Made by a program: the position numbers and the translations under genes. From Trichosphaerium sp. ATCC 40318 (taxonomy: Eukaryota > Protista > Tubulinea): a stretch of 64,000 nucleotides of DNA. A model generated the notes under the pieces. The model was given only the letters and a program-made list of their open reading frames with translations. It ran no database searches and was not told where the DNA came from. The stretch spans positions 186,001 through 250,000 of the forward strand of contig JALMLS010000065.1 in assembly GCA_038496445.1 (NCBI GenBank). Direction: 5' to 3'. The stretch's first letter is position 1. Every line of letters begins with the position of its first letter. This document shows positions 48,748-60,384 of this stretch, one piece after another.

Positions 48748-49620
48748 ATGAACAACGAAACACGCTTCTTGCTGTTAAAGAAGGCTATAGCTAAATCTAG
48801 ACCATTTAGAACGTATGCATTCACAGGAGGTATTACAATGGCAGCTATTCTTGGTTGCTATAACCTAGTAGTACGGGATGACTGGGTGATACAAACAGAG
48901 CCGAAAGAAACGGATAAAACTATTTTTAAAAACTCAGAGTACACAGTCGTTGTAAAAGAAGGTGAAACAGATCCAGTTGTTGAGGTTACAACTACGACAA
49001 ATGCAGGAGCATGGAAATCTGGTTTTCCAGAATGGTACGACAGCGACACAACACAAATTATTTTTCCAAGAGTATTAAGGGAGATTGACTTTTACGATAA
49101 TTCGGGTCAAGAACCAAAGAGTCTAACACTTCATCGCATTCTACCAATGTGGGAACATGTACTTTATAATGGTGTATTTGTTGGTGGTATAGGAGCTATA
49201 TCGGGTATCATAGGGAGGAATTCTTGGTCACGTTTTAAAATGTCTAAATTTAGAAAGAACCCTTTTTTTTACGGAGGAAGAGTAGGCTTAATGACGGGTT
49301 TGAAGACTATTATTCCTGGTACTTTCTTCTTGCATGGTGTTATACAATTCGAGCACGCATCAAGAATATTTTTTGAGTCGGAACGCACGTGGCCAGATGG
49401 TGAAACGAGATGGCCAAAATTGGATGGGTATGGTTGGATAGAAAAGCATGCTTCAATTGCTGCAATAACTTCATTGTTCAGTCTATTTGGAGTAGCCATG
49501 TTTGGTATGCTTGTAGGCCCTACTGGATATGTTGTTGGTAGGATACATGCAAGATCAGTATTAAGAGAATACAGACAATTGTACAGGGTATTTAGAACGA
49601 ATAGGAAAAAGCCAGAATAG
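48748..49620 (+). CDS. Intronless 290-aa membrane protein of unknown function (possibly mitochondrial)
   Basis: Longest uninterrupted ORF in the window; basic N-terminus, 3-4 Gly-rich hydrophobic segments. Confidence 0.7.
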   Translation: MNNETRFLLLKKAIAKSRPFRTYAFTGGITMAAILGCYNLVVRDDWVIQTEPKETDKTIFKNSEYTVVVKEGETDPVVEVTTTTNAGAWKSGFPEWYDSDTTQIIFPRVLREIDFYDNSGQEPKSLTLHRILPMWEHVLYNGVFVGGIGAISGIIGRNSWSRFKMSKFRKNPFFYGGRVGLMTGLKTIIPGTFFLHGVIQFEHASRIFFESERTWPDGETRWPKLDGYGWIEKHASIAAITSLFSLFGVAMFGMLVGPTGYVVGRIHARSVLREYRQLYRVFRTNRKKPE

Positions 49621-49694
49621 AAAATAAAAAACAAAAGCATGTTACTTATTTCACCCTCATCATTAAATCCAACAATCGTAAGCCCACTACAACA

Positions 49695-49785
49695 AAACTG
49701 TCACCACTGGGATATCTATTTGATAGCGACAAAAAGCAGATCCAGTGTGTGCGCCACTAAGATCACAATTTGTGCTTACGGGTAA
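49695..49785 (-). pseudogene. Orphan relic of the protease catalytic-Ser exon
   Basis: Translates VSTNCDLSGAHTGSAFCRYQIDIPVVT versus VRTNCDISGGHSGSALYHY..VPVAT. Confidence 0.65.
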
Positions 49786-49910
49786 CATTTAAGGGCACAT
49801 GTCAAAGTTGAATAGAAACACTTTGGTTTAAAATGCTGACGTCAGCAAGTAATCATAGATTTCAAGGAACGTATAAAGGTAACTTGAGTTTATTACTGTG
49901 TAGTGAATGA

Positions 49911-51999
49911 TTACGGTTTCCACTGTCTGAAGAAACTTATAATACTGATATCTGAAGGTGTCAAGCGTTTTGCTGTGTTAATAAAGTTGTCATCTAACGG
50001 AGTGTTATTTTTTTGGGGTTTTAGTACAGTTCAACATACCAGCATCACATGTGAAACAGTGCTCCCATACGACAACGGAAGACACTACTGGTACAAGGTT
50101 ATTTCCGTTGTTATGATAGTGATACAGTGGAGATCCACTGTGCCCGCCACTTATGTCACAGTTGAATCTAACAACCTATTTGTAGCAGTCAGGAAGGGTT
50201 GTATTAAGTTGTTTGCTCACCGTGTTCCAACCGTTTTCTATGAAGTTATACTGGGCCAATTCGCATTCTTTTACATCTCCGTATAAAGCACCATCAACAC
50301 AATCATCTGGTGAGTTACTTCTACCACATACAGGATATCCTCTGTTATAGTGATACAGATTAGCTAGAGTACCAGCAGGTTTGGCAACATAACCTTGGTA
50401 CAGCTGTCAGTAAGGCCGACAAAATCGTTAGTAGATGTACCCATCCATCCTGTAAGCTCTCCAATTCTATCTGGTAAGACAAGTATACCCCAGTCGTATT
50501 GAGAAGCAGCATATCCGGAAATAGCTGGATTTCTAAATCCGAGAAAGTCAATCAAGCGACAAGTATATTGACAGTGTACCTCCATTGAGCAGGCGTATAA
50601 TACCATCTGAATGGATCACCAGGTTCAAAGTTTAAAGTTATTCGAGAATCTCCGAAAGGTCGTCGATTTGAGTCTGCATTTTCATTCCTACCAGGAATGA
50701 CAGTGATAGAAAACCAGTTATCTGTCCCTTGTGCATTCATGCAGTGTGCTATTCACAATGTTAAATCAATCATAGTTATTGTAATTTTAATGTTTACCTG
50801 CTGTGAGAACGTGTCTTGGTCCAATGAGAGTGCCAGAGCAGCTGCCAAAATCAGATATTGTTCTAAAATGTTGTGAGTTATGAAGCAACAATACAAAAGG
50901 GCGTAATATTACCTCCATGGATACACTGTTGTAGGTTCCAAGAGGTCTCTTGAATCATCTGCTCCACTCCATCCCCGTTTTGCTGTTGTTGATTCCATAT
51001 CAAACGGAGGGGTTGCAGGTACAGTCTTAATTGTGTTAAACAATAGCAGAAACAGTTAGAGTATTACATACCATAGCTCCAGTGAACCCATCTCTCATTC
51101 TATTGATTTCTTCAAGCAAGCTTGATCCAATTTCAATCTCCCACTCAACTTTTGTACCTGATTGACGGGTTAGATGGTTTAGGTTGTGCGTTGGTTAACA
51201 TGTACCAGAATTAAAAGCGCGCAGTACAGTTGTGGCAGGAAGGCTTCTATCGTCTAAAAAAACAATTACAATGATCAGTAAAGAAGGTGCTGACCTGTTT
51301 CTGATGTTCCATCTGTTGCTGTACTATCAAAAGGCTCTGTCGATCCATTAGGCAAATCTGGTGGCGGGGTATCCACCAGATTTCCCATACCAACAGGAGT
51401 AGCCTAGATTTATTTGTTAGGAAACTTCGTAGAAGTAAAAAGATAAAGTAAAGCTTACCATCAAGTCATCGGTGATTCGTATTGGATCGTTATTAGTTGG
51501 TACGATGTTATCTAAGATACTTGATAGTCTATCAAGTCCTAGGGCATCACAGCTACATGTACATACACATAAGTTGCTTACAGGGAAGGGTATTGCAGGT
51601 GAACCGTCTGGATTGAAACAAACGTTCACTCCGCCAATAAGTGTTTGCCCACAAGCGCTTTGACGCAAATACGAACGACGTAGATGACAAGTACCGAGAG
51701 TACCAACAATCGTATCAGTACACGAAGTAAGTGTTGATTCACAATCACTCTGGCAGCTTGATAGAGCTTGTTCTCTTACGTTCTGTAAAGCCTCTTCCTG
51801 AATGGTACCCAATCAATTACAAAACGAACGAAAAACAGACCGAAGAAAAATCGAATGAAAAAGAAGTAAATTATAGCCGGAGCTAAAAAATAATATGTAC
51901 CAACGTGCATCCAAACGTTTTTGCCATAACGATTTCAGTAGATACGTTATTAACGTAAATAGACAATATTAAGAATACTAAAGGAGGTATCAAACGCAT
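49911..51999 (-). CDS. Secreted V8/Mpr-like serine protease, diverged copy D
   Basis: MRLIPPLVFLILSIYV; CSGTLIGPRHVLTAAHC, YDWGILVL, CDISGGHSGSPLY; same intron positions as copies A-C. Confidence 0.88.
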
Positions 52000-52764
52000 T
52001 GGTAAGGTGTTATTACTTCCTTTTTGAGTTGTCTAAAAATGGTTGATAGATTTTGTTGAGTTTTTTCACCTGAAAAAAAGTGTTTCATGTGGGTTTGATA
52101 ACGTCAACACGTGTTCATAAATAAGCTTTTTTGAATTCATTAATACTCTTGAACGTGTTGTTTCATGTTACTAGTAGTATCACGCGCAGCGCCGGTTCGT
52201 AGGTTCATCGGATTTTCTTCAAGATTTTTTTTCAGACGGTTTCGTCTTACAAACGAATTACAGTCGTTGATAGATGCGCACAAGACGTCGTTCACAACCC
52301 AACTCCTATCACAAGTATTATTGTAACGTTTGGCAAATCGACAGCTTCAAGCGTAATAATTCAAATAACTGTACTTATGGCGAGGAAACGTGATATTTTA
52401 CCCTTTTGATACATCATAAAGAGAATATTTGGCAGCTTGGTTTTTACTGCTTGTGTGCTGAAGGCACCTTAGCGAAAATTAAAAACTAATACTGTGGCAG
52501 TTCGCACTATCATAAGGTATTTCAACACTAAAACTATACAGGTATTGATTGTAAAGCTGTGAAGTGTCGTTTTTTGGTAATCAAATCTTCGGCAATAGCA
52601 AACATTTCGCCCGGCCATTTGCGTTTTGACCACGCAGTGTAATACTTGAAGTTTCATTAAAGACAACCTTAAAGATTATTGCAGATCCGTAAAAGCTGGA
52701 CGCGTACACAGGCATGCGATTTAAGTACTGGTCCTTAAAATGAAGCAAGTAGAGTAACTCAATA

Positions 52765-54403
52765 ATGACGACAATAGACGATAAATTTCTACCATGGATG
52801 AAAGAGGAGGAATGGGCGAAAGCGTGGTGTCCACTACCAAAACAACCTACACCAGATAATAAACCAGTTACTATTGAAATTGCGTCATTAAACGGTAATT
52901 CAACCTATTTTAGAGCTAATTGCCTAAATAACCATTTGTAGTAACAGAAGAAGATAAAAAACAGTTCTGGGAACAGGTAGGGGCTGTTATTTTCCTTATT
53001 AATGTTTCTTACGCATACACGAGGGGTATTGGGTTGGTCCTAAAGTAATATCAGATGATGACTTGGAAAGGTAAGTCGATATTTCTAAAATGTTTAATTT
53101 GGACATAATCACGTGATTTAAATTTAAAAATCCTAAAGGCTTCGCAAAGAGATGCAGCGTGTATTTTCAGGCCAAGTTGATAATAACGCGAGTCCATACG
53201 AATATGGCTATTGGCTGAAAGGTGTAAAAGCCCAACGAAGTGGGTCGCCACAGGTCAGGAAGATTAACAACGCGTGGTGAGCAAAATTAAAGCTGAAGTT
53301 CCTTTTATAATAAAAATTATTTTGATTCGTTTCTGATAGGTGGATTAATGAGACTATTCGTACTGTTGTGACTTCAGAGGTGCTACGCGTATCTGATAAG
53401 ATCGCCACTCCTAATACTTTACAGGAAATAGGCAAAGCTGCAGCATATTTATTAGACACTGAGGAAATTAGGTATGATTGTTTTATTCCTACTTTTCACT
53501 AACTTCACAAGGCTTTGGCATGACCAAGGTAACTATTGTACGCATTTACATCCATTTAACAACTACAGCTATTCTGAAACCTCCAACAACCGGAGACGAT
53601 AAGCTCATTGGAAATATTGGTACTTCATGACACTATTCATATCTGATATTGATATTATAGGTTGGCATCAAGATTACGGCTTCTGGCAAGCTTCCAATTC
53701 TACCAAAATGTGCACCGCATGGATACCTCTTCAGGTACGTACAAATTAAGTCTAATAATTTTAATATCGGTTAAAGGATGTTGATGAATCAAATGGCGCG
53801 CTGCGAACTATTACAAGGTACCCTAAATCTCTTTTCGTTTCAATCGATAGTTCTAAGCCCAACTTAGATCTCACAAGGTAAAGTACATGTACTCATTAAT
53901 ACTGCTGTACTAAGCATTTACAGTGGGGCTTAAAAGAAGACTCTGCTACTTTCTTTGATAAAGATATGGAGCATTTAAAATCTAAATTTGCAGGTGACGA
54001 CTGGGAAGATAAGCCATGTTTGATGAAAGCTGGTAACAAACAAAATTGTGCACGTTCTATCTTGCAAGGACTCACTTCATTGCAGGGCAAATTGCTATCC
54101 ACCATTGTTTGACGTTCCATGGAAGCGGTCCTAACCTTTCACAAGCACCACGTTGGGCCATTGCAGGTACTAATATGCCTCCACTTGTACCATTCTCAAT
54201 TCTAATCTCACTAGTACACATGCACGGTAAAGGATGCGGTTATTCGCCTGGACATGGATGGCACCATAACGTACAAGGTATAATGGCTTCACAGTTTATA
54301 AATATGTACAGCTGCTTACGTTTTCTTTTAAGACCTTGGACCAAATGCAAAGGCAGGTGACTTATTTGTTGGGCCAAGGTTTCCACTATTATACGGGAAA
54401 TAA
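52765..54403 (+). CDS. Phytanoyl-CoA dioxygenase (PhyH) family protein
   Basis: FWEQGY, LWHDQAILKPP, GWHQDYGFW, CTAWIPLQDVDESNGAL, HHCLTFHGSGPN..PRWAI. Confidence 0.88.
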
Positions 54404-54531
54404 TCATCAAAAAAGATTACACTTCATGATAAAGTCAAAATAGATATGTTTATTTGTTTACCACGTTGTTAGTTTTTACGTTACTTTCATGCTATTACAA
54501 TTGCTTGTTTATTGCTATTTATTCAAGACCA

Positions 54532-57453
54532 TCACATCTGCTCATCAACGTCCATGGGGTCAAGGTTTTCGGTTTCACCTTCCTCATAACTCCACTCAAT
54601 AGGCGCTAGCAAGGCTTCAAGCATTGTTGCGGCTGTATTTTCTATTTTTTCTAATCCTCTAGAATCAACCGATTCACCTACATATATGTTCAGGGTTTTA
54701 TTGGTATTGAAAAACAATTATCACGTGATTTTGAGAAAGGCCGAAAAAAATGAGAATATTTTATGACTATGTTGTTTACCTTTCTTTCCGTTTTTTTCGT
54801 CTTGATACATATGATATCCTTTGATAAAAACGTCGGACCATTTTGCAAGTAAACCAAATTTTTGTTCCCATATCTGCTTCATTATTTCGAAAGGAAGTCG
54901 GGCATCAATATCAATAAAAAACCCTAACGTTAATTGCATCCTGAATTAATATAACGTTAACTTACAATGAGATTAGTTTATAGCGTACTTTAAGAATATC
55001 TCTGCTGCAAGCTCTTTTTGTTTGAGTATATCAGGAGGCAAACCAAAACTCCCCTTAACAAAGTTACAACGTTGGTGAATAGAACAATTACCAGCTCTGA
55101 ACTTAATGACAGCATTCCATACGCTACTTTATCTTGGCTACCATAGCTATCATCAAGAAAGCTGTCAATATTGATATCAGGTGACGCCTAAAGGATATCA
55201 GGAAGACAGAAAGGAAAAAGGAGCACTTACTATTACGGAACAGTAACATAATGCTGCTGTGTCCATTAATACAGCATAATGAGGTTCATACTCACTATTT
55301 TCTTCATCCTGGCTTTTAGTTACACCGTGCATTCTGGTTATAGCTTTCATTGATCTAAGGGCGGCTTGGTAGATTGGAAACTCTGGATCACTCTGATAGT
55401 GCTTTAGTATGTGAAGGTTTGATTTAAAAAAAGACAGTCTTGAACGTACACATTGACCATACACTTTTATAAGCATAAGTAATACAATTACATGTTTATC
55501 TCTTTGATAGTCCCTATTGGTTTTCAACGTCAGTATTTGCTTTTATAGTTCAACATTAAAGACGCAAGCTTACAGTATTTCATTTCGTTCTGGTAATAAA
55601 TCAATCGCAAAATTTATCATAGCATCATTACATTTATCTGTAACTTCACACTAGTATTCCTTGTTAGTTTTGTATTAAATAGCATAATTGTAAAATTAAC
55701 CTGAAGTTTTTCTTTTGCTTCTTCCAGTTGCATTCCTGCATAAGTTTCCCACAAAATCTCGTTATCATCACAACACTGGTTCACCTGATTCAACAAATTC
55801 CTTCTCTTGTAAGCTTCCTTTTCAAGAGTTGAGTATGTTAAGCCTCGTACCTTAAACCATCCATATTCGTTTCTGGCTTCTCTAGAATGGGATGTCAATA
55901 ATAAGTAATATTGGTGAAATAAGGGTACGTATTAATTGAGATATATCTGTGAGCTTGTCCACCAGAGCACGGTTTGCTGCTAGAGTAAAGCAGCTTGACA
56001 GTATGTCATTTTGTTGAATGTCTTCAATACTGTAGTATCTACTCGATGCAGCATCAAACAACCTTCAAATATCATTATTTTTCTTTCCTTTCATCATGAG
56101 TAATTGTTACATACTTGAGGTACTCTCCATGGCTTGTGTATGTGCCTTGGTTTTTTGGATCATTTTGAAATGACACCAAGTCAAAAACAAATGGTGTAGC
56201 TCCAAAGTTAACATCTAACGTCTCTCCGTGACAATGCAAAGCCATAAAAGGATGGTGATAACCCAGTTCCTTTTCGTCCATAACAGGGTATATACCTGAC
56301 ACTTTGCCATTCAATGTGAAAAATACTAAGAAAAAAATGAGATTAAAAAGGAAAGAAAAAAGAGGCCGAACCTTGTTTTGTTTCATAATTTATTCCACAC
56401 CTTTTTAAATACTTGTTAGTTTTATTTAATATCTCTAAGCCTTACCCAACGACGTCGTTATCATGAAATATTACTCCAGTAGCAACACAATCACCTTGAC
56501 AGTAAATACCACCGTCATCTATCAATATTCAATAAAGTACAAACAATATTGGTTGCCAAATAAACAAGCGAACCCGCATGATACCCATAAGTGGCAGGAG
56601 CCCATCCAGGATATGTACTAGGAGCGATTTAGAGTATAATCAGTAATTGGACACTTACGAGATGAGACCTTTTGGACTAAGTCCAACACCACAAAATCGA
56701 AGTCTGTCTCTAAGAGCTTTGTTATAGAATTACACTGTAGCAATGATTCGTACTCTGTAATGTTTCCCAGAAGCTTAACTTCATAGTATGCAGTGTTTCC
56801 GCGACCAATTGGCAATGGATAAAGAGGTTGCGCGCCAGTAAGGTTCTGAAAACAAGTGTCAGACGATAGGTTGTATCTATTGCGGCTGAACTCACTCCTA
56901 TGCATTCTTGTGGTATGGTAGTGCTGTCTGGTATAATACCTGGTAGTCCTGTAAACACTGCACGAAGCGGAGATCGCAATTCCACAAGTTCTTGGAAACA
57001 ATTATTCGCTCAATTAGAAAGCAAACCGCGAACCGTTGGACTCTTCTTCCCGCGCATTCAATGTGTTTCTTGCTGCACCTGCTTCATAAATCGCTATAAA
57101 AAGTCGTCTGAACGCGCCTCTGTACCCAATATTGCGTTAACAGACGTTGATTTAAAGAATCGCACGTGTTGAAAGGCGGTTTATCCAATAGATTAATTTC
57201 TGGCACACCAACTGAGTAAATGGTGTGTAATACAGCTTTCCAGAAGTATTTCGATTCCAGAAGCCTTGAGAAGCGTTTACATGTTTTCAATAAGTTTATG
57301 AACGAAGGTATTGTTCTCGACACGAATCTAAATGCGTAAGCGCTTGGCCAGGGCGGAACAACGTGCTACTCACTTCGATATTGCGTTTGTAAAGATATCA
57401 TCTGGGAGAGACACAAATACTACTGAAGTACTCATACCTTTAGCGTCACTCAT
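54532..57453 (-). CDS. F-box + SPRY domain protein, copy 1
   Basis: FVSLPDDIF..LLKTCKRFSRLL..FWK; YYEVKL, PGWAPATYGYHADDG, DVVGCGIN, VFFTLNG, LDVNFGATPFVFD. Confidence 0.8.
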
Positions 57454-58088
57454 TGTAATAAAGTGCTGATCACTTTTGGAATAACGTGTTTTACAGGAAA
57501 AGCTAGATAGTGCCTCACTCTTGTATTAATAAGAACATTCGTTTAATCACGTGGTAGCGTACTGTAGCGCCCAGTGAGATCTAAGCGAAGCCCAAGTCAG
57601 CGTATCCGTGATTGTGGCCAAAAAAACCTTTTGGTCACTGGAAAGTAGACACTTACTAACTTTGGGGATGAGTTTTTTCGGATGTGCACTTTTTACAGGT
57701 GTTTAATGATTTTGGTGAGCAAATCTCATGGAATTGAACAGGTTTTTTAAAGATTGCTAGGCACACTTCTCAATGCTTATTGTTTGGTTGAGGATATTTG
57801 CTACAGTGAGGCCATTGAATAGACAAGTTAAATGGCGACAGCTTCTCAGTAAAACGGTCATCTCACCCAATGTTTTTCGCCATCCGTAATTTAAGTTTGC
57901 TTGTAGTGTCAGCAACAAACACAGTGTATTTGGAATTCTGTTTACTTCGATAGTAGAAGGCACTAAAACCTAATTTGTTGACTAACTTTATTCCAAATGT
58001 TTATAAGATACTTTCGTTTCTATAGATTGAGTCAGTTGATACAAGCTTATTGAAACTGTTTGTGTTGTTTGCCATTATAACACAAGTT

Positions 58089-60119
58089 TTATTGTTGTAT
58101 CCAAAACTGAATGCTTAGAGGTGGAACAACAGGTTCAATGTATGGACCGTTGAGTGCATCCAGTAGTACGTCAGCGTGCTAAAAATACTTTCAGTCAAAA
58201 AAAACCACGTCACAACATACTGTTGCATTGTACTGGATCCCGGAGAATGTAGCATCAGTTCCTGTGTTAATTTGAAAAGTAAAGTCGTGTTCAGTCCACC
58301 TGTTAGTGATGACAACAATAAGTTTGCCACTAGGAGATTTTACTGCAAGAATCCGTTGATCCATAGACATTTTTGCCTCTGTTACAGCATAGCGCACACT
58401 ATAAGGCGAGTCAGTAATAGAATGTGATGACATATTGAACATAGTACCTATTCCATGGTATCAACTTTGAAAAGCCTTTCACACCATGCCAATTAACAGG
58501 GTTCGTTTCAAAATGACCAACTTTCAAATTTGGAAAATGAGTAAAGTTTTTATCACTTGGTGGACGCCAAAATCCCAATCCATACCCAGCAGACTCTGAG
58601 TTTGTAGTAGGTTTAAGAGCATGTAACCAGAACCACTAATACCCATCGTTATCTCACGCTCATAAGCACAAGAATGTTCAAGAAAAGCAGAACGGAAAAA
58701 ATGCTTACCGTTGGTGAGTTTTCAAAGACAAACCAATTCACTGCAAAAAATGTTAATTACAATCAATTTAATATACGTGTCACATACTGATTGATTGAGC
58801 TGTATTTACCGTCTTGAAGGATTCGTTTTTGAATTCGAAATACTCATATTCATTGCTGAAAACAGGCTTTCCCTTTTGTTTGTTGAGTTGACAATATTAT
58901 CGAAAAAATTTCAACGCACTTTAGAGTTGGCAAGAAAATGGGCTTGGTCAGTAATTTGTAAGTCAGAATTTGCTCCAATTTTATGCCATGTCCATCCGTC
59001 AACATACTTTAACATTTCCGGGTTGTTAGCGATCTCAGGCTGGCTAGCTATTCATTATTATAAGCGGATCATATGAACGAAGAACTACAAAATACTAACA
59101 TTGGCCACCCCAACTATCCACGTGTATGAAAATGGCATCCTTGTAGGACTTGACAGCCGGTGCTACATGTTTAAACGCACTAGAGTACATACTTTTCGTA
59201 TATTCACAACAGGAATACCCGCAAATGTGTCCAGTACCAAAATCAGGTTCATTTTGTAAACCGAACATGACCTAAAAAGCAAAGGATTTAGGGCGACGGG
59301 TATCTATTCATTTTAAAATGCCGTACAACAGGACATCCATTTTTTTCCAAGTACACTATGTCTTTGATAACAGCTTGTGCAACTACACAAAACATTAAAA
59401 CTGTAAAGCACTGCCAAAAAAAAAAAGAAACAATGTGGTTGCTATCCAATTGAACACTTCACTACATGAGTTGTACATGAACTTAGAAATTCCGTTGAGT
59501 TTGATGCTAGAGTGCCACCAATAAAACCTTTCGAAGACTTCCAGTATGGAGCTAACATAAGATACGTCAGATCTTAAATCAGCCAACAAAGCGCTCACCT
59601 GGACTCCAATACTCGAAATCAAAGCCTTCAACACCGCTAGCTTTTACCATCTCACTCAACTCTGATACTTGGCCTGGAAACCTCTCTATAATTTGCTTGC
59701 GCTCTTCATCAAGTCCACGAAAGAATAAACCCATGGCCAATCGAACATACCTTAGAAACTATTCAGAACACGTGCTTTTCAATTCGATTTGGAAATTGTT
59801 TATTGTGGGTGCACGTGCGGTGTACCTGAAGCCAGACATCATTTCAGAGTAAAATCGCTTCTTTTCTGATGCGATAAGGTCATGAGGAACAGAATTAGTC
59901 GAATTAGGAAGCCCATTGTTGCCAGATCCTTCAACAACGTTAGTGTGTAAGATTTATTTTCAAATGAGCACCAATGGAGTCACTCTGTATTTCTACTCCA
60001 ATACCGAGGATTGTTTGCTTTGGTTGAGAAAGTTCGACTGTATATTCACCAACGGCCAATTTAGACATTGTGGCATATACCACAAATACGATAAGTAAAC
60101 ACAGGTATCTGCGAAACAT
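58089..60119 (-). CDS. Secreted glycoside hydrolase, GH30-like (clan GH-A)
   Basis: Signal peptide; PKQTILGIGVEIQSDSIG, FGLQNEP (acid/base), GWTWH, WFWLHALKP, beta-sandwich end PPLSIQFW. Confidence 0.72.
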
Positions 60120-60384
60120 TGTATCCAACGCTGGAGTTGTCAAGGCTGACTTAACTTATTGAAAAGGTAACTGCTTATGCAAAAGTAGTGCATCACGTGC
60201 TAGAGCTAAAATGGGCCTCAAAAGACAACAAAGTGACCCAAGTATTTTGGTAGTAAGCAAATACAATGATTGCTAGTCATAGTTTTGTATATTACAACAA
60301 ACATTGAGTGTTTGTTTATGACAACTTGCAATCTTCATCACTTTACTGTATCAATAGTAATTAACAACGTTTTATATATTTTCG

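Noticed and set aside
55260-55340. PI3K/PI4K-like catalytic motif in the F-box/SPRY C-terminus
   Set aside because: Only a loose resemblance; no DRH..N or DFG-like motif.
57540-58075. Small spliced gene starting MANNTNSF just after the GH30 stop
   Set aside because: ATG is only 14 nt from the upstream stop; no consistent terminal exon or recognisable product.
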